64,000 nucleotides of DNA from Acidimicrobiia bacterium (lineage in GTDB: Bacteria; Actinomycetota; Acidimicrobiia; Spongiisociales; ZC4RG35), in contig DATFBM010000012.1 in NCBI GenBank assembly GCA_035253825.1, forward strand, positions 150,054 to 214,053, written 5' to 3'. A program made the translations under genes and the position numbers. The stretch's first letter is position 1; each line of letters opens with the position of its first letter. Shown one piece after another: positions 38,389 to 47,924 of the stretch. The notes beneath the pieces are model-generated. The model had not been told where the DNA came from and did no database searches. It was given only the letters and a program-made list of their open reading frames with translations.

Positions 38389-39324
38389 ATGGCCGAAAAC
38401 AAGTACCCGCACCGGGTGGGCTGGATCGGGGCGGGTCGGATGGGCGCAGCCCTCGTCAATCGCTTGCTGGCCTCGGACGTGGACCTCTGGGTCTACAACC
38501 GAACTCGCTCCAAGGCCGAGCCCTTGGCGGCCAAGGGTGCGAAGGTCGTCGACTCTCCGGCCGACCTCGCCGAACGTGAGATTGTCTTCACCATGGTCGC
38601 CGGTCCCGAAGATGTCCTCGAAGTGACGCTCGGGGCGGAAGGGGTGCTCTCTCGATCCGACCGCCGACCGGAAATCATCGTCGACTCGACGACTATCGAC
38701 GCCACGACCTCACGGACGCTCACCAAGCGGGCCGAAGAACTGGGGACGGCGGTGCTGGCGGCGCCGGTATCGGGCAATCCAAAGGTCGTGAAGTCGGGCC
38801 GCCTCACCTCGGTGGTGTCGGGGCCAAAGGACGCCTATCAAACGGTGCTGCCCTATCTCCAGTGTTTCGGGCGCAAGGTCACCTATGTCGGTGAGGGGGA
38901 CGAAGCCCGCTTGGTCAAGATCTGCCACAACCTGATGCTCGGGGTGGTGACGCAATCGATGGCGGAGATCACCCTTCTCGCCGAGGCGGCCGGAGTGTCG
39001 CGGGCCGACTTCCTTGAGTTTCTCAACGACAGCGTGATGGGCTCCACCTTCACCCGGTACAAGACCCCGGCGTTCGTGAACCTGGACTACACCCCTTCCT
39101 TCACCTGGCATCTGCTTCGCAAGGATTTCGAGTTAGGCCTGGAATCCGGGAGGCTGCTCGGGGTCCCCCTTCCAACCGCCGCCCTCGTGCACCAGATCGT
39201 CATGGACGGAATCGGGCGGGGTTTTGGCGACCAGGACTTCGCCTCGATGCTGGCCCGACACGCCGAAGGCACCGGGATCGACCTCGTCCCGGAGAACAGA
39301 GACATCTCCGACGGACTGAGCTAG
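38389..39324 (+). CDS. NAD(P)-dependent beta-hydroxyacid dehydrogenase (3-hydroxyisobutyrate dehydrogenase family)
   Basis: I use the start MAENKYPHRVGWIGAGRMGAALVNRLL at 38389. 6PGDH-type NAD-binding fold. Confidence 0.8.
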   Translation: MAENKYPHRVGWIGAGRMGAALVNRLLASDVDLWVYNRTRSKAEPLAAKGAKVVDSPADLAEREIVFTMVAGPEDVLEVTLGAEGVLSRSDRRPEIIVDSTTIDATTSRTLTKRAEELGTAVLAAPVSGNPKVVKSGRLTSVVSGPKDAYQTVLPYLQCFGRKVTYVGEGDEARLVKICHNLMLGVVTQSMAEITLLAEAAGVSRADFLEFLNDSVMGSTFTRYKTPAFVNLDYTPSFTWHLLRKDFELGLESGRLLGVPLPTAALVHQIVMDGIGRGFGDQDFASMLARHAEGTGIDLVPENRDISDGLS

Positions 39325-39352
39325 GGAATCCCCCTCGCCGGAATTTCCCGGG

Positions 39353-40252
39353 CTAGAGATGCCGGTCTAGATAGTCGAGGACCCCGGCGATAGCGGCTTC
39401 GGCGACCTCGTTGACTTCGTATTGGCCGTCAGGACCGCGTAATGGGTAGATGTAGCCGTGGAGATCGTGGTCCCAGCTCACCCACTCCACGGGTTTGCCG
39501 GCCTCGGCCAGCAACTCGTAAGAGACCCGGAATATCCCTTGCAGGTGGTCGTCTTCCCTCCCCATAACCAGGAGCGGGGTGTCAATCGTCGAGATCCGTT
39601 CGGCCGCCTTCTTCATATCAATACGCGAGCGCACCTTTTCCGTTTCCACCATCTGCATTTCCTCGATGTTGCGCATACCCGTTTCGGGGGCAACGAAGGC
39701 GGTGTTGTCGGGAGTCAACGCCAAGAACTCGTGCGAGGCGGGTTCGGAAGCAACCGCCGCTTTGATGCCCTGGTATTCGGAGGTGAGCTTGAGGACCATC
39801 TCCCCACCATGGCTCATTCCGATCAATCCCACTCGCTCGGCATCGAAGCGTGGGTCCTTCTTGAGCTGCTCGACGATGGCGATTTCATCCTCGTACTCGA
39901 GAGGTGAGCGATTGAACATGTCACGCCCCTGTCGGGTGTCACGGATCAGGCGACCCCCGTTCTCGTAGCCGAGCTCAACCTCGGTTCGATAACGAATCCA
40001 GGCGCATGCGTACCCCCGCTCGAGGAGACGCTCCATGATGTAGCCACGGTTGGCGACCGCGTTCCTGATCCAGGCCATGCCTCCTCCACCGTTGCCGGAG
40101 GCGAGAAGGACGAGGGGGAAGGGACCCTCGCCCCGAGGGACACGAAGACCGATTGGGGCATAAAGGCCGTCCCAAGTCTCCAAATATCTGAGCTCGACGG
40201 GGACGTCGGAGCCGGCTACTTCTTCGGTGATGCTGATGTTCTCTGGATCCAT
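39353..40252 (-). CDS. alpha/beta hydrolase (S9/dienelactone-hydrolase-like)
   Basis: 299 aa. Nucleophile elbow GMSHGGEM. Distal D and H (WDHDLHGY) are present. Confidence 0.75.
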   Translation of the reverse strand: MDPENISITEEVAGSDVPVELRYLETWDGLYAPIGLRVPRGEGPFPLVLLASGNGGGGMAWIRNAVANRGYIMERLLERGYACAWIRYRTEVELGYENGGRLIRDTRQGRDMFNRSPLEYEDEIAIVEQLKKDPRFDAERVGLIGMSHGGEMVLKLTSEYQGIKAAVASEPASHEFLALTPDNTAFVAPETGMRNIEEMQMVETEKVRSRIDMKKAAERISTIDTPLLVMGREDDHLQGIFRVSYELLAEAGKPVEWVSWDHDLHGYIYPLRGPDGQYEVNEVAEAAIAGVLDYLDRHL

Positions 40253-40255
40253 GAG

Positions 40256-42559
40256 CTATCCCTCTCCGTTGTCCGTCTTCAACCTGCGATCTTTCGATTG
40301 TGCCAGCGCCGTCCACACTGTCGCCGGGCGGAGCGGCATGTCGATATGGGTCACTCCGTAGGGGGCGAGGGCGTCGAGCACGGCATTGACGATCGCCGGG
40401 GGAGCCCCGATGCAGCCCGCCTCCCCCGTCCCCTTCGCCCCGAGGGGGTTGGAGGGGGCCGGGTGCACGAGGCGTTTGGAGCTGATCGGAGGAGCGTCGC
40501 TCGCCCGGGGTAGCGCATAGTCGACCAGGGTCGACGTGAGCAGCTGTCCCTGGTCGGAGTACTGGACTCCCTCGTAAAGGGCCTGCCCGATTCCCTGCAT
40601 TAGGGAACCATGGAGCTGGCCCTCCACGAGCATCGGGTTGAGGACATTGCCGCAATCATCGACGGCCACCATTCGGAGGAGATCCACTTCCCCGGTCTCG
40701 AGGTCCACTTCGACCACGGCGACGTGCACTCCGTATGGGAAGGTCTGGGCGCCGGGCACGAACCATTCCTCGGCCGTGAGGTCGACGCCGCGTTCGTGGG
40801 CCGCCTCGGCAACCCGCGACCAGCTCATCTCGGTTCCTGGCACCCCGGTAATCGAAAAGATTCCATTTGATATCAACACATCGGTCGACGCCGACTCGAG
40901 GAGGTCGGCGACCAACTCGATCGCCTTGTCCCTCACCACGTGGGCAGTTCGCCAGATTGCCGCTCCGCCAATCTGAGCCGACCGGCTGGCGAAGGTGCCG
41001 GTGCCCTGGGCGACTTCGTCCGTGTCGCCCGCCACGTAGCGGACATCCTCCGGGGCGACACCGAGGGCGGCCGCCGCCAGTTGCGCCCAGGCGGTCTCGT
41101 GGCCTTGGCCGGATGAGGCCGAGCCGGTTCGGACGGTAATCGCTCCGGCCCGGTCGACTTCGGTACGACCGTACTCCCCGCCGTCGACGGCGCCCCCGGC
41201 CCGCTCGACGAAGGCGCCAAAGCCCACTCCAATGGGATTGCGCCTCTCGGCGCGACGCTCCTTTTGCTCCTGTCGGAGGCGGTCCAATCCCACCAGGTCG
41301 ATGGCAAGTCGCAGGGCGGCGGCATAGTCGCCAGAGTCGTAGACAGCACCGGTCGGCGTGCGGTGGGGCAGGGCCTCAGACCGTATGAAGTTGGCCAACC
41401 GCACCTCGATGGGATCGAGATTCGCCTCCCGGGCGAAAGCATCCACAGCCCGCTCGATGGCGTACGCGGCCTCGGGGCGTCCGGCGCCTCGGTACGAACC
41501 GGTCGGCGCCGCGTTGGTGACCACCGCGGTGGTCTTCACCGACACGTTCTCGATGTCATACAGGCCGAGGGCGACCAGCCGGGAGAAGCTGGGGATCCCG
41601 GTCCCATTGTGGGGATAGGCACCGACATCGGCCAGGATGTCGATCTCGGCCCGCTCGATACGACCACTCCGTTTCCCCATGAGCTTCACTCGGTGGATCG
41701 ATCCCCGGCCGTGGGTGCCTCCGCTCAGGTGTTCGCGACGTCTTTCCGTCCACAGCACCGGTTGGGCGAGGCGGAGGGCGAGAGCCGCGGTCACAGTGTG
41801 CTCGGGGTAGGTCATTCCCTTCATCCCGAAGGCCCCTCCCACGTCGGGAACGACGATGTGGAGCTTGGTTCGATCCATCGGGATGAGCTGGGAGAGGCGC
41901 GCCTGCACGCCATGAGGTCGCTGGTGGCTGATGTACACCACGAGTCCCCCGTCCTCCTGAGGGATGGCGAGGATGACGAGAGGCTCGATGGGATTGGGAG
42001 CGAGCCGCTGGTTGACAACCTCAAGCTCGACTGCGACCTCGTAATCGCCCGAAGAATCTCCCACGGCGAGGTCAGTCCGGTGAACGACGTTGGTACCCGC
42101 CGCCTCGTGAATGATCACTTCATCGGCAAGACTTGCGCGTGGATCGACGACGGCGGTGATGGGCTCGTAATCCACCCAGACCGCATCGGCGGCGTCGACC
42201 GCCGCCGACTCGGACCTCGCAGCCACCACCGCGATGGGTTCGCCGACATAACGAACCTTCTCGTGGGCGAGGTGGGGCCGGGGAAACGCGAGGGCAGCGG
42301 CGGCAATGCTGTCCCCCGGGATATCAGCAAGATTCATATCCTCGGCGGTAAACACCCCGATCACGTCTGCTCCGAGAACGGCATCGGTGTCGATCCCGGT
42401 GATGAGAGCATGAGCCTCGGTGCTGCGCACGAAGGCGATGTGGATGCTCTCCGGAGGGGCAAGGTCGGCGACGTAACGCCCGGCACCGGTTATGAGGCGA
42501 AGGTCTTCCCGTCGCTTGGATGAGCGAGCCTCGAAATAGGTGATCTCGACCACTCCCAT
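40256..42559 (-). CDS. xanthine dehydrogenase/CO dehydrogenase-family molybdopterin-binding large subunit
   Basis: 767 aa. Ald_Xan_dh N-terminal a/b hammerhead region and a GSYRGAGRPEAAYAIER active-site loop. No FeS or FAD subunit gene is adjacent. Confidence 0.88.
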   Translation of the reverse strand: MGVVEITYFEARSSKRREDLRLITGAGRYVADLAPPESIHIAFVRSTEAHALITGIDTDAVLGADVIGVFTAEDMNLADIPGDSIAAAALAFPRPHLAHEKVRYVGEPIAVVAARSESAAVDAADAVWVDYEPITAVVDPRASLADEVIIHEAAGTNVVHRTDLAVGDSSGDYEVAVELEVVNQRLAPNPIEPLVILAIPQEDGGLVVYISHQRPHGVQARLSQLIPMDRTKLHIVVPDVGGAFGMKGMTYPEHTVTAALALRLAQPVLWTERRREHLSGGTHGRGSIHRVKLMGKRSGRIERAEIDILADVGAYPHNGTGIPSFSRLVALGLYDIENVSVKTTAVVTNAAPTGSYRGAGRPEAAYAIERAVDAFAREANLDPIEVRLANFIRSEALPHRTPTGAVYDSGDYAAALRLAIDLVGLDRLRQEQKERRAERRNPIGVGFGAFVERAGGAVDGGEYGRTEVDRAGAITVRTGSASSGQGHETAWAQLAAAALGVAPEDVRYVAGDTDEVAQGTGTFASRSAQIGGAAIWRTAHVVRDKAIELVADLLESASTDVLISNGIFSITGVPGTEMSWSRVAEAAHERGVDLTAEEWFVPGAQTFPYGVHVAVVEVDLETGEVDLLRMVAVDDCGNVLNPMLVEGQLHGSLMQGIGQALYEGVQYSDQGQLLTSTLVDYALPRASDAPPISSKRLVHPAPSNPLGAKGTGEAGCIGAPPAIVNAVLDALAPYGVTHIDMPLRPATVWTALAQSKDRRLKTDNGEG

Positions 42560-42585
42560 CCTTTATAGCTCTGCCAGCTGCGCCC

Positions 42586-42599
42586 GCACAATCGATTGC
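42586..42599. promoter_or_regulatory. candidate LacI-type operator S2 (CACAATCGATTGCA)
   Basis: Contains the perfect 10-bp palindrome CAATCGATTG. It lies in the divergent region between the Mo-hydroxylase unit and the 10-gene unit. Confidence 0.5.
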
Positions 42600-42649
42600 A
42601 GCGAGGTTAGGATCGCCTCGGGGGCGACGATCAGGCATGAAGGAGAGTC

Positions 42650-43630
42650 ATGGCCGAGAGGGTGAGGGTGGCCAGCATCGGCTTGGGGTGGTGGGGGAAG
42701 GAACTCGCTCGCGGGGCCGTGGCCGCGGGCATGGACCTGGTGGCCTGCTACGCCCGCACTGAAGAGACCAGGAAAGAGTTCGCGACAGCCCTCGGCTGTG
42801 AGCCGGCATCGAGTCTCGAAGACATTCTCACCGACCCCTCGATCGAGGCGGTGCTCATCGCCACATCACACCAAAGCCATCGTCGGTTGGTGGAGGCTGC
42901 GGCCCATGCCGGAAAGCACGTTTTCATCGAGAAGCCTCTGGCGCTGTCGGTCGAAGATGCCCGAGCTTCTCTCAAGGCGGCGGAAGCGGGCGGCATAGTC
43001 CTCCAAGTTGGATTCCAACGACGACGCCATCCTGCTCATCGAGAAATGAAGCGTCTCATCGACGACGGCGAAATCGGCGAGATCGAAACGCTAGAGGCGA
43101 ATCATTCCCTCCCCAATCGCATCGCCGAGGGTGCCTGGCGCTGGGACGAAGAAGAGAGTCCTCTCGGGTCGATGACCTCGCTGGGAATCCATCAGATCGA
43201 GAACTTTCACTACCTTGCGGGCCCTATCGCCAGGGTGGCAGCGGTGTCTCGTCGCGGCCGCACGGTTCCAATCGACGAATCCACCGCCATGGTCTTTGAG
43301 TTCGCCAGCGGAGCTGTAGGCACCCTCGTCTCCTCCTTCTTCACCCCCTGGCGCATCAGCCTCTCCGTCCAGGGGACCGAGGGGGCTGCCTTCGCCGATC
43401 GCGACGGCGCCACTCTCAGCTACCAGCGCCGGGGCGAGTCCGAGGCGACCGAGATCCGACTGAGAGAATTCGACGCCGTCGCCGATCAACTGATCGAATT
43501 CGCCACTTGCATCCGGAGTGGCAGCCACCCGGAGGTGTCCGGAGCCGAGGGTCTGGCTGTTGTCGCCGTGCTGGAGGCGGCCCAGCGCAGCGCAACCAGT
43601 GGGTGCTTCGAAGCGGTAGACGCCGGGTGA
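42650..43630 (+). CDS. Gfo/Idh/MocA-family oxidoreductase, copy 1
   Basis: 326 aa. VRVASIGLGWWGKELA Rossmann start and EKPLAL motif. Confidence 0.85.
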   Translation: MAERVRVASIGLGWWGKELARGAVAAGMDLVACYARTEETRKEFATALGCEPASSLEDILTDPSIEAVLIATSHQSHRRLVEAAAHAGKHVFIEKPLALSVEDARASLKAAEAGGIVLQVGFQRRRHPAHREMKRLIDDGEIGEIETLEANHSLPNRIAEGAWRWDEEESPLGSMTSLGIHQIENFHYLAGPIARVAAVSRRGRTVPIDESTAMVFEFASGAVGTLVSSFFTPWRISLSVQGTEGAAFADRDGATLSYQRRGESEATEIRLREFDAVADQLIEFATCIRSGSHPEVSGAEGLAVVAVLEAAQRSATSGCFEAVDAG

Positions 43631-43638
43631 CGAGGGCG

Positions 43639-44625
43639 ATGGGCCAAAGACGACCCAAGGTGGCGATTCTCGGAACCCGCTTCGGCGGTTTTGATGTCGA
43701 GCGCCAGATTCTCGGCGATGTTGAACTCAGTTCGGGTCACGCCCGAAACCGCGCCGAGATCTTGGAGGTGGCGACGGGAGCAGATGTGATTCTCGCCGGT
43801 GCCGCGCCGGTGTTCGACGCCCAGACGCTGGAGGCATTGCGGGCTCGGGCGATCGTCCGTCTCGGAGTCGGCACCGACACTATCGATCTCGACGCTGCTC
43901 GTCAGCTGGGCATGTGGGTAGCAAACGTACCGGACTACGGGACTGAGGCCGTCGCCTTGCACACGGTGACCCTCGTTCTCGCCTGCCTTCGCCGATTGAC
44001 TCAGGCCGACCGCCAGATGAAGAGTGGCGCGTGGGGCGTGGCCGACTTGCGTCCGCTCCATCTACCGCCGTCGCTCACCGTCGGATTGATCGGATTCGGG
44101 CGGATCGGTCGACGTGTCGCCCAGATGCTGAAGGGTGTCGGGTTTGACCGCTTCTTGGTGGCAGATCCGATACCCGCTGCTCTCAGCGGAGACCTTGCAG
44201 ACCTCAATGTCAAGTTCGTCAAACTACCTGACGTTCTTACCACCGCTGACGTCGTGAGCCTGCACGCTCCCCCGGAAGCCCGCGGCCATCTGCTCGGGTC
44301 TTCTGAATTGAGTCTGATGAAAGAGGGTTCGGTTCTGGTCAACACGGCCCGGGGAGCCTTGGTTGACGCCGTTGCCCTCATTAGCGCACTCGCCCAAGGC
44401 CGGCCGGCGATGGCGGCTCTGGATGTCTTCGAGCACGAACCGCCCGATGTCACGATTTTCGAGGGCATCGGTGATCACTTGATCCTCACACCGCATATGT
44501 CCTGGTACACCGAGGAGAGCGAGCTGGCTCTTCGTCGACAGGGAGCAGCCGAGGCGCTCCGAATTCTCCAATCCCAACCGCCACTAAACGCGGTGGTGAC
44601 GCCTGCCGGGAGCGAAGTTTCGTGA
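43639..44625 (+). CDS. D-isomer-specific 2-hydroxyacid dehydrogenase
   Basis: I use the start MGQRRPKVAILG at 43639. NAD site GLIGFGRIGRRVAQML, plus VNTARGALVD and TPHMSWYT. Confidence 0.85.
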   Translation: MGQRRPKVAILGTRFGGFDVERQILGDVELSSGHARNRAEILEVATGADVILAGAAPVFDAQTLEALRARAIVRLGVGTDTIDLDAARQLGMWVANVPDYGTEAVALHTVTLVLACLRRLTQADRQMKSGAWGVADLRPLHLPPSLTVGLIGFGRIGRRVAQMLKGVGFDRFLVADPIPAALSGDLADLNVKFVKLPDVLTTADVVSLHAPPEARGHLLGSSELSLMKEGSVLVNTARGALVDAVALISALAQGRPAMAALDVFEHEPPDVTIFEGIGDHLILTPHMSWYTEESELALRRQGAAEALRILQSQPPLNAVVTPAGSEVS

Positions 44626-45386
44626 GCCCGACCCTCCGCTCGATCTACGACCTGACCTCGCCCGACGTCCGTGAACTCCTCGACCGCAGCCGACGGGTGG
44701 TGATGCCGTTTGGAAGCATCGAGCAGCACGGCCCCCATCTCCCCTGTGGAACTGACATGATGGCAGCCGACCTGGTGGCGGTGGAGCTCGCCGAGATCCT
44801 CGACGCGATCATCGTCCCCGCCGGCCCCTATGGGGTTACCCCGATTCATGCAGGCCACCCGGGCACTGTCTCGTTACGACGAGACGTCTTCGAGCGGTAT
44901 CTTGCCAACCTCTCTGAAGAGATGGTTGCGATGGGTGCTCGCACCTTCGTCTTTGTCAATTGGCATGAAGGCAACATCGCCTCGCTCGACTCGGTAGCTA
45001 CCGACCTCCAGTCAAAGAACGACGTGCTCGTGGTCACCGCCCACGCCTGTTACACCGCGCAGCGCATCTATGCGCCGGCTGGGGGCGAGCTCACTCACGG
45101 GGGAGGAATAGAGACCCTCGCCGTCCTAGCCCACCAGCCCGAGCTGGCCCGCCTCAACCGGGCTGGGATGCCCACGAGACCAGAAGGAGCCGAAGAGCTC
45201 GATGCCATGCGACGTTCGCGCGAGGTCTACGGCTACATAACTGATATCACCGAGATCGCCGATCAAGGCTGGTATGGAAATCCGGCCTGGGCCGACGAAT
45301 CTGCGGCGGCTGACTTTGCCCAGACCGTCGCTACTGAGATTGCGGTAGCCGTCGAGGAGATCTTGAAAATGAGAGGTCGGTCATGA
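44622..45386 (+). CDS. creatininase-family amidohydrolase
   Basis: 254 aa. PFGSIEQHGPHLPCGTD metal-site motif. GTGA overlap with the upstream gene. Confidence 0.8.
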   Translation: MSPTLRSIYDLTSPDVRELLDRSRRVVMPFGSIEQHGPHLPCGTDMMAADLVAVELAEILDAIIVPAGPYGVTPIHAGHPGTVSLRRDVFERYLANLSEEMVAMGARTFVFVNWHEGNIASLDSVATDLQSKNDVLVVTAHACYTAQRIYAPAGGELTHGGGIETLAVLAHQPELARLNRAGMPTRPEGAEELDAMRRSREVYGYITDITEIADQGWYGNPAWADESAAADFAQTVATEIAVAVEEILKMRGRS

Positions 45387-45769
45387 CCGTCGTCGGACCA
45401 GGGGAACTCGAGTTCCGCGAACTCCCGGGCCGGACGACCTCCGATCCTTTCCGGAATGCGGGGCACGGCGCTTCGACGGTGCGCCAGGTCACGATCGAAT
45501 ACGTCCCTTCCCGGTCTCCTCACCTACATCCCGAAAGTGAGGAGATTGTCTACGTGGTTGCCGGGACCGGCCGGGTTTGGCTCGATGGAGTCTTCCACCC
45601 GGTCGGACCTGGCAGCTGGTATCGAATCCCGGCGCGCACACCCCACGCCACCTTGGCTGATCAGGGCGAGACGATGTCCCTTTGCTGCTTCTTCCCCCAC
45701 GACGACTTTGCCAACAACATCGAAGAGCTCGACCTGATAATCAGCGCCGAGGAGGGAGGAGGGAAGTGA
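45383..45769 (+). CDS. cupin-domain protein
   Basis: 128 aa. SPHLHPESEEIVYVVAGTGRVWLDG and PARTPHA cupin motifs. ATGA overlap. Confidence 0.75.
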   Translation: MTVVGPGELEFRELPGRTTSDPFRNAGHGASTVRQVTIEYVPSRSPHLHPESEEIVYVVAGTGRVWLDGVFHPVGPGSWYRIPARTPHATLADQGETMSLCCFFPHDDFANNIEELDLIISAEEGGGK

Positions 45770-46824
45770 CTAAGGGAGTGAAGCTCGCATCGATTGGGTT
45801 AGGGCGGTGGGCCCGGGTCCTGGCACGGGGAGCGCAAAGAGGATCGGTGATTGAGCTGGCGAGCTGCTTCTCCCGCTCGGCCGAGCGCCGCGCCGCCTTT
45901 CAGGAAGAGTTTGGCATCCCCAAAGCGGCAGCAACCCTGGACGAGCTGTTGGCCGACCCCGAGATCGAAGGGGTATTGGTGACCACGCCCAACGACACCC
46001 ACAAGGCCGTGATCTTGGAGAGCTTGGATGCCGGCAAGGCGGTCTACACCGATAAGCCGATCGCCCACACCATGGAGGATGCGGGAGTGATCGCCCGGGC
46101 GGCCGCCGCCTCGGGCCTGCCCTTTGCGGTGGGCCATAGCGCACGCCGGCTTGGTGGACATCGAGCAATGAAGCAATGGATCGAGACCGGGAAGGTGGGG
46201 CGGGTTTCGCTGGCCGAGGCGAACTTCTCCAACGAGCGGGGACTGGAGCTGACCACTGACACCTGGAGGTGGTTCGCCGACAAGAGCCCGGGCGGGGCGA
46301 TGATCCAGCTCGGCGTTCATCACGCCGACAACCTGCAGTACCTGCTTGGCCCGGTGGCGGCCGTTTCCAGCCACGCCCGCAAGCTCTACACCCGGGCCGA
46401 GGTCCCCGATGCGGTCATGTCGATCCTCGAGTTCGAGTCGGGACCGCTTGGCTACCTGGGAACGGGATGGGCCTCACCCGGGGTCTATCAGCTCCGGCTC
46501 CAAGGAACGGAAGCCAATCTGTTCTACGACCTCGACTTCAACAATTGGGATGAGTCCCACCAGGTCGACTCGAAGAGCACCTTGGTCAGCCAGGCCTATC
46601 GAGAGTCGGTGAGGCCACCAGTCGACATCCCCTCCACCGACATGTTCCGCGAGCAGCTAGACGAGTTCGCCCTCGCCATTCGGGGGGAGGCCGAGGTCGA
46701 GGTGGGAACGCTGGAGGCGATCCGAGCCCTGGCCGTGGTCCACGCCGCCTTGGAATCCTCACAACGAAATGGTGAGGCAGTAGCGGTAGCACCGATGGTG
46801 GAGAGGGCCGGAGCCCTCCAATGA
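45766..46824 (+). CDS. Gfo/Idh/MocA-family oxidoreductase, copy 2
   Basis: I use GTG at 45766 (GTGA overlap with the cupin stop). VKLASIGLGRWARVLA and DKPIAH motifs. Confidence 0.85.
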   Translation: MTKGVKLASIGLGRWARVLARGAQRGSVIELASCFSRSAERRAAFQEEFGIPKAAATLDELLADPEIEGVLVTTPNDTHKAVILESLDAGKAVYTDKPIAHTMEDAGVIARAAAASGLPFAVGHSARRLGGHRAMKQWIETGKVGRVSLAEANFSNERGLELTTDTWRWFADKSPGGAMIQLGVHHADNLQYLLGPVAAVSSHARKLYTRAEVPDAVMSILEFESGPLGYLGTGWASPGVYQLRLQGTEANLFYDLDFNNWDESHQVDSKSTLVSQAYRESVRPPVDIPSTDMFREQLDEFALAIRGEAEVEVGTLEAIRALAVVHAALESSQRNGEAVAVAPMVERAGALQ

Positions 46825-47924
46825 GGGTCGATCCAGCCACCACTCGCACCCTGCACCACGAGGACCCGCAGGTTCAAGAGGTCCTCGACATCTGGGCGGC
46901 GCGGTTTCTCCATGGTCAGATCGAGCTGGGCGATCTGACGACGACGGTCGGCCGGATCAAAGGGTGGTCGGACTGGGGACCCGAATGGATGAAAACGGGT
47001 CAGGGCCACGAGGAGCTGGGTGAAACAGCCTGGGCCGAGGGTCGTCGCCTTTCGGCGGTGAGCCATTTCGTTTCGGCGGCGCGTTGCTACCACCTCTCCT
47101 ACTTCCTCTCCGTCGATGACGAGGAGGCCCATTCCCGGGGCCTGGCCAAGATGTTGGAGTGTCACGATCGGGTTCTCCCCTACATGGAGCCCGCGGTCGC
47201 GAAAATCGCCATTCCCTTTCTTGGAGCCGATCTCTCAGGGCTGTTGAGCATCCCCGCCGGCGAGGGTCCCCACCCGCTGGTGATTCTTCTCCCAGGCTTG
47301 GACTCGACCAAGGAGCAACGCCACGGTGGGCGAGGCTCGCTACTTCGCCGCGGAATGGCGGTGCTCAGTCTCGACGGCCCCGGCCAAGGCGAGATCAGCC
47401 TCAAGCTGCCAATCCGCCACGACTACGAGGTGGCCGTCTCCGCCGCCATCGATCTCCTGAACGATGACGATCGAATTGATGCCAGCCGGGTGGGCCTGAT
47501 CGGAGCCAGCCTGGGTGGCTATTACGCCTGCCGGGCGGCCGCCTTCGAGCCGCGGGTGAGCGCGGCCGTGGCCAACTGCGGCCCTTATCGCTGGATCGAG
47601 TGCTGGGACGAGCTGCCGGCGGTGACCAGAGATGCATTTCGCAAGTACTCGTGGTCGTCCTCGGCGGACGAGGCCCGAGAAAAAGCCAAGGCCCTCGACC
47701 TCACCGGTGTCGCCGAGAGGATCTCCCAGCCTTTGCTTGTGGTCCACGGCATGCTCGATCCCCTGATCGGTGTCGACCATGCCCAGCGCATCGCCGCAGA
47801 GGCACCCAACGCCACTCTGATCACGATTGAAGAAGCCACCCACGGAGTCAGCAACCTGGCCTACAAGTTCGCTCCATGGACAGACGATTGGATGGCGGAG
47901 AGGTTGGGCGGGCGGGTCAGGTGA
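46821..47924 (+). CDS. alpha/beta hydrolase with an N-terminal helical lid (FrsA/DUF1100-like, C-C hydrolase-like)
   Basis: 367 aa. Nucleophile elbow IGASLGGYYA. ATGA overlap. Paralogous architecture to 52227..53378. Confidence 0.75.
   Translation: MRVDPATTRTLHHEDPQVQEVLDIWAARFLHGQIELGDLTTTVGRIKGWSDWGPEWMKTGQGHEELGETAWAEGRRLSAVSHFVSAARCYHLSYFLSVDDEEAHSRGLAKMLECHDRVLPYMEPAVAKIAIPFLGADLSGLLSIPAGEGPHPLVILLPGLDSTKEQRHGGRGSLLRRGMAVLSLDGPGQGEISLKLPIRHDYEVAVSAAIDLLNDDDRIDASRVGLIGASLGGYYACRAAAFEPRVSAAVANCGPYRWIECWDELPAVTRDAFRKYSWSSSADEAREKAKALDLTGVAERISQPLLVVHGMLDPLIGVDHAQRIAAEAPNATLITIEEATHGVSNLAYKFAPWTDDWMAERLGGRVR

Noticed and set aside
44622-45386. Creatininase-family gene as MftE of a mycofactocin cluster
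   Set aside because: No radical-SAM (MftC), RRE (MftB), precursor peptide, MftD or glycosyltransferase genes occur anywhere in the window.
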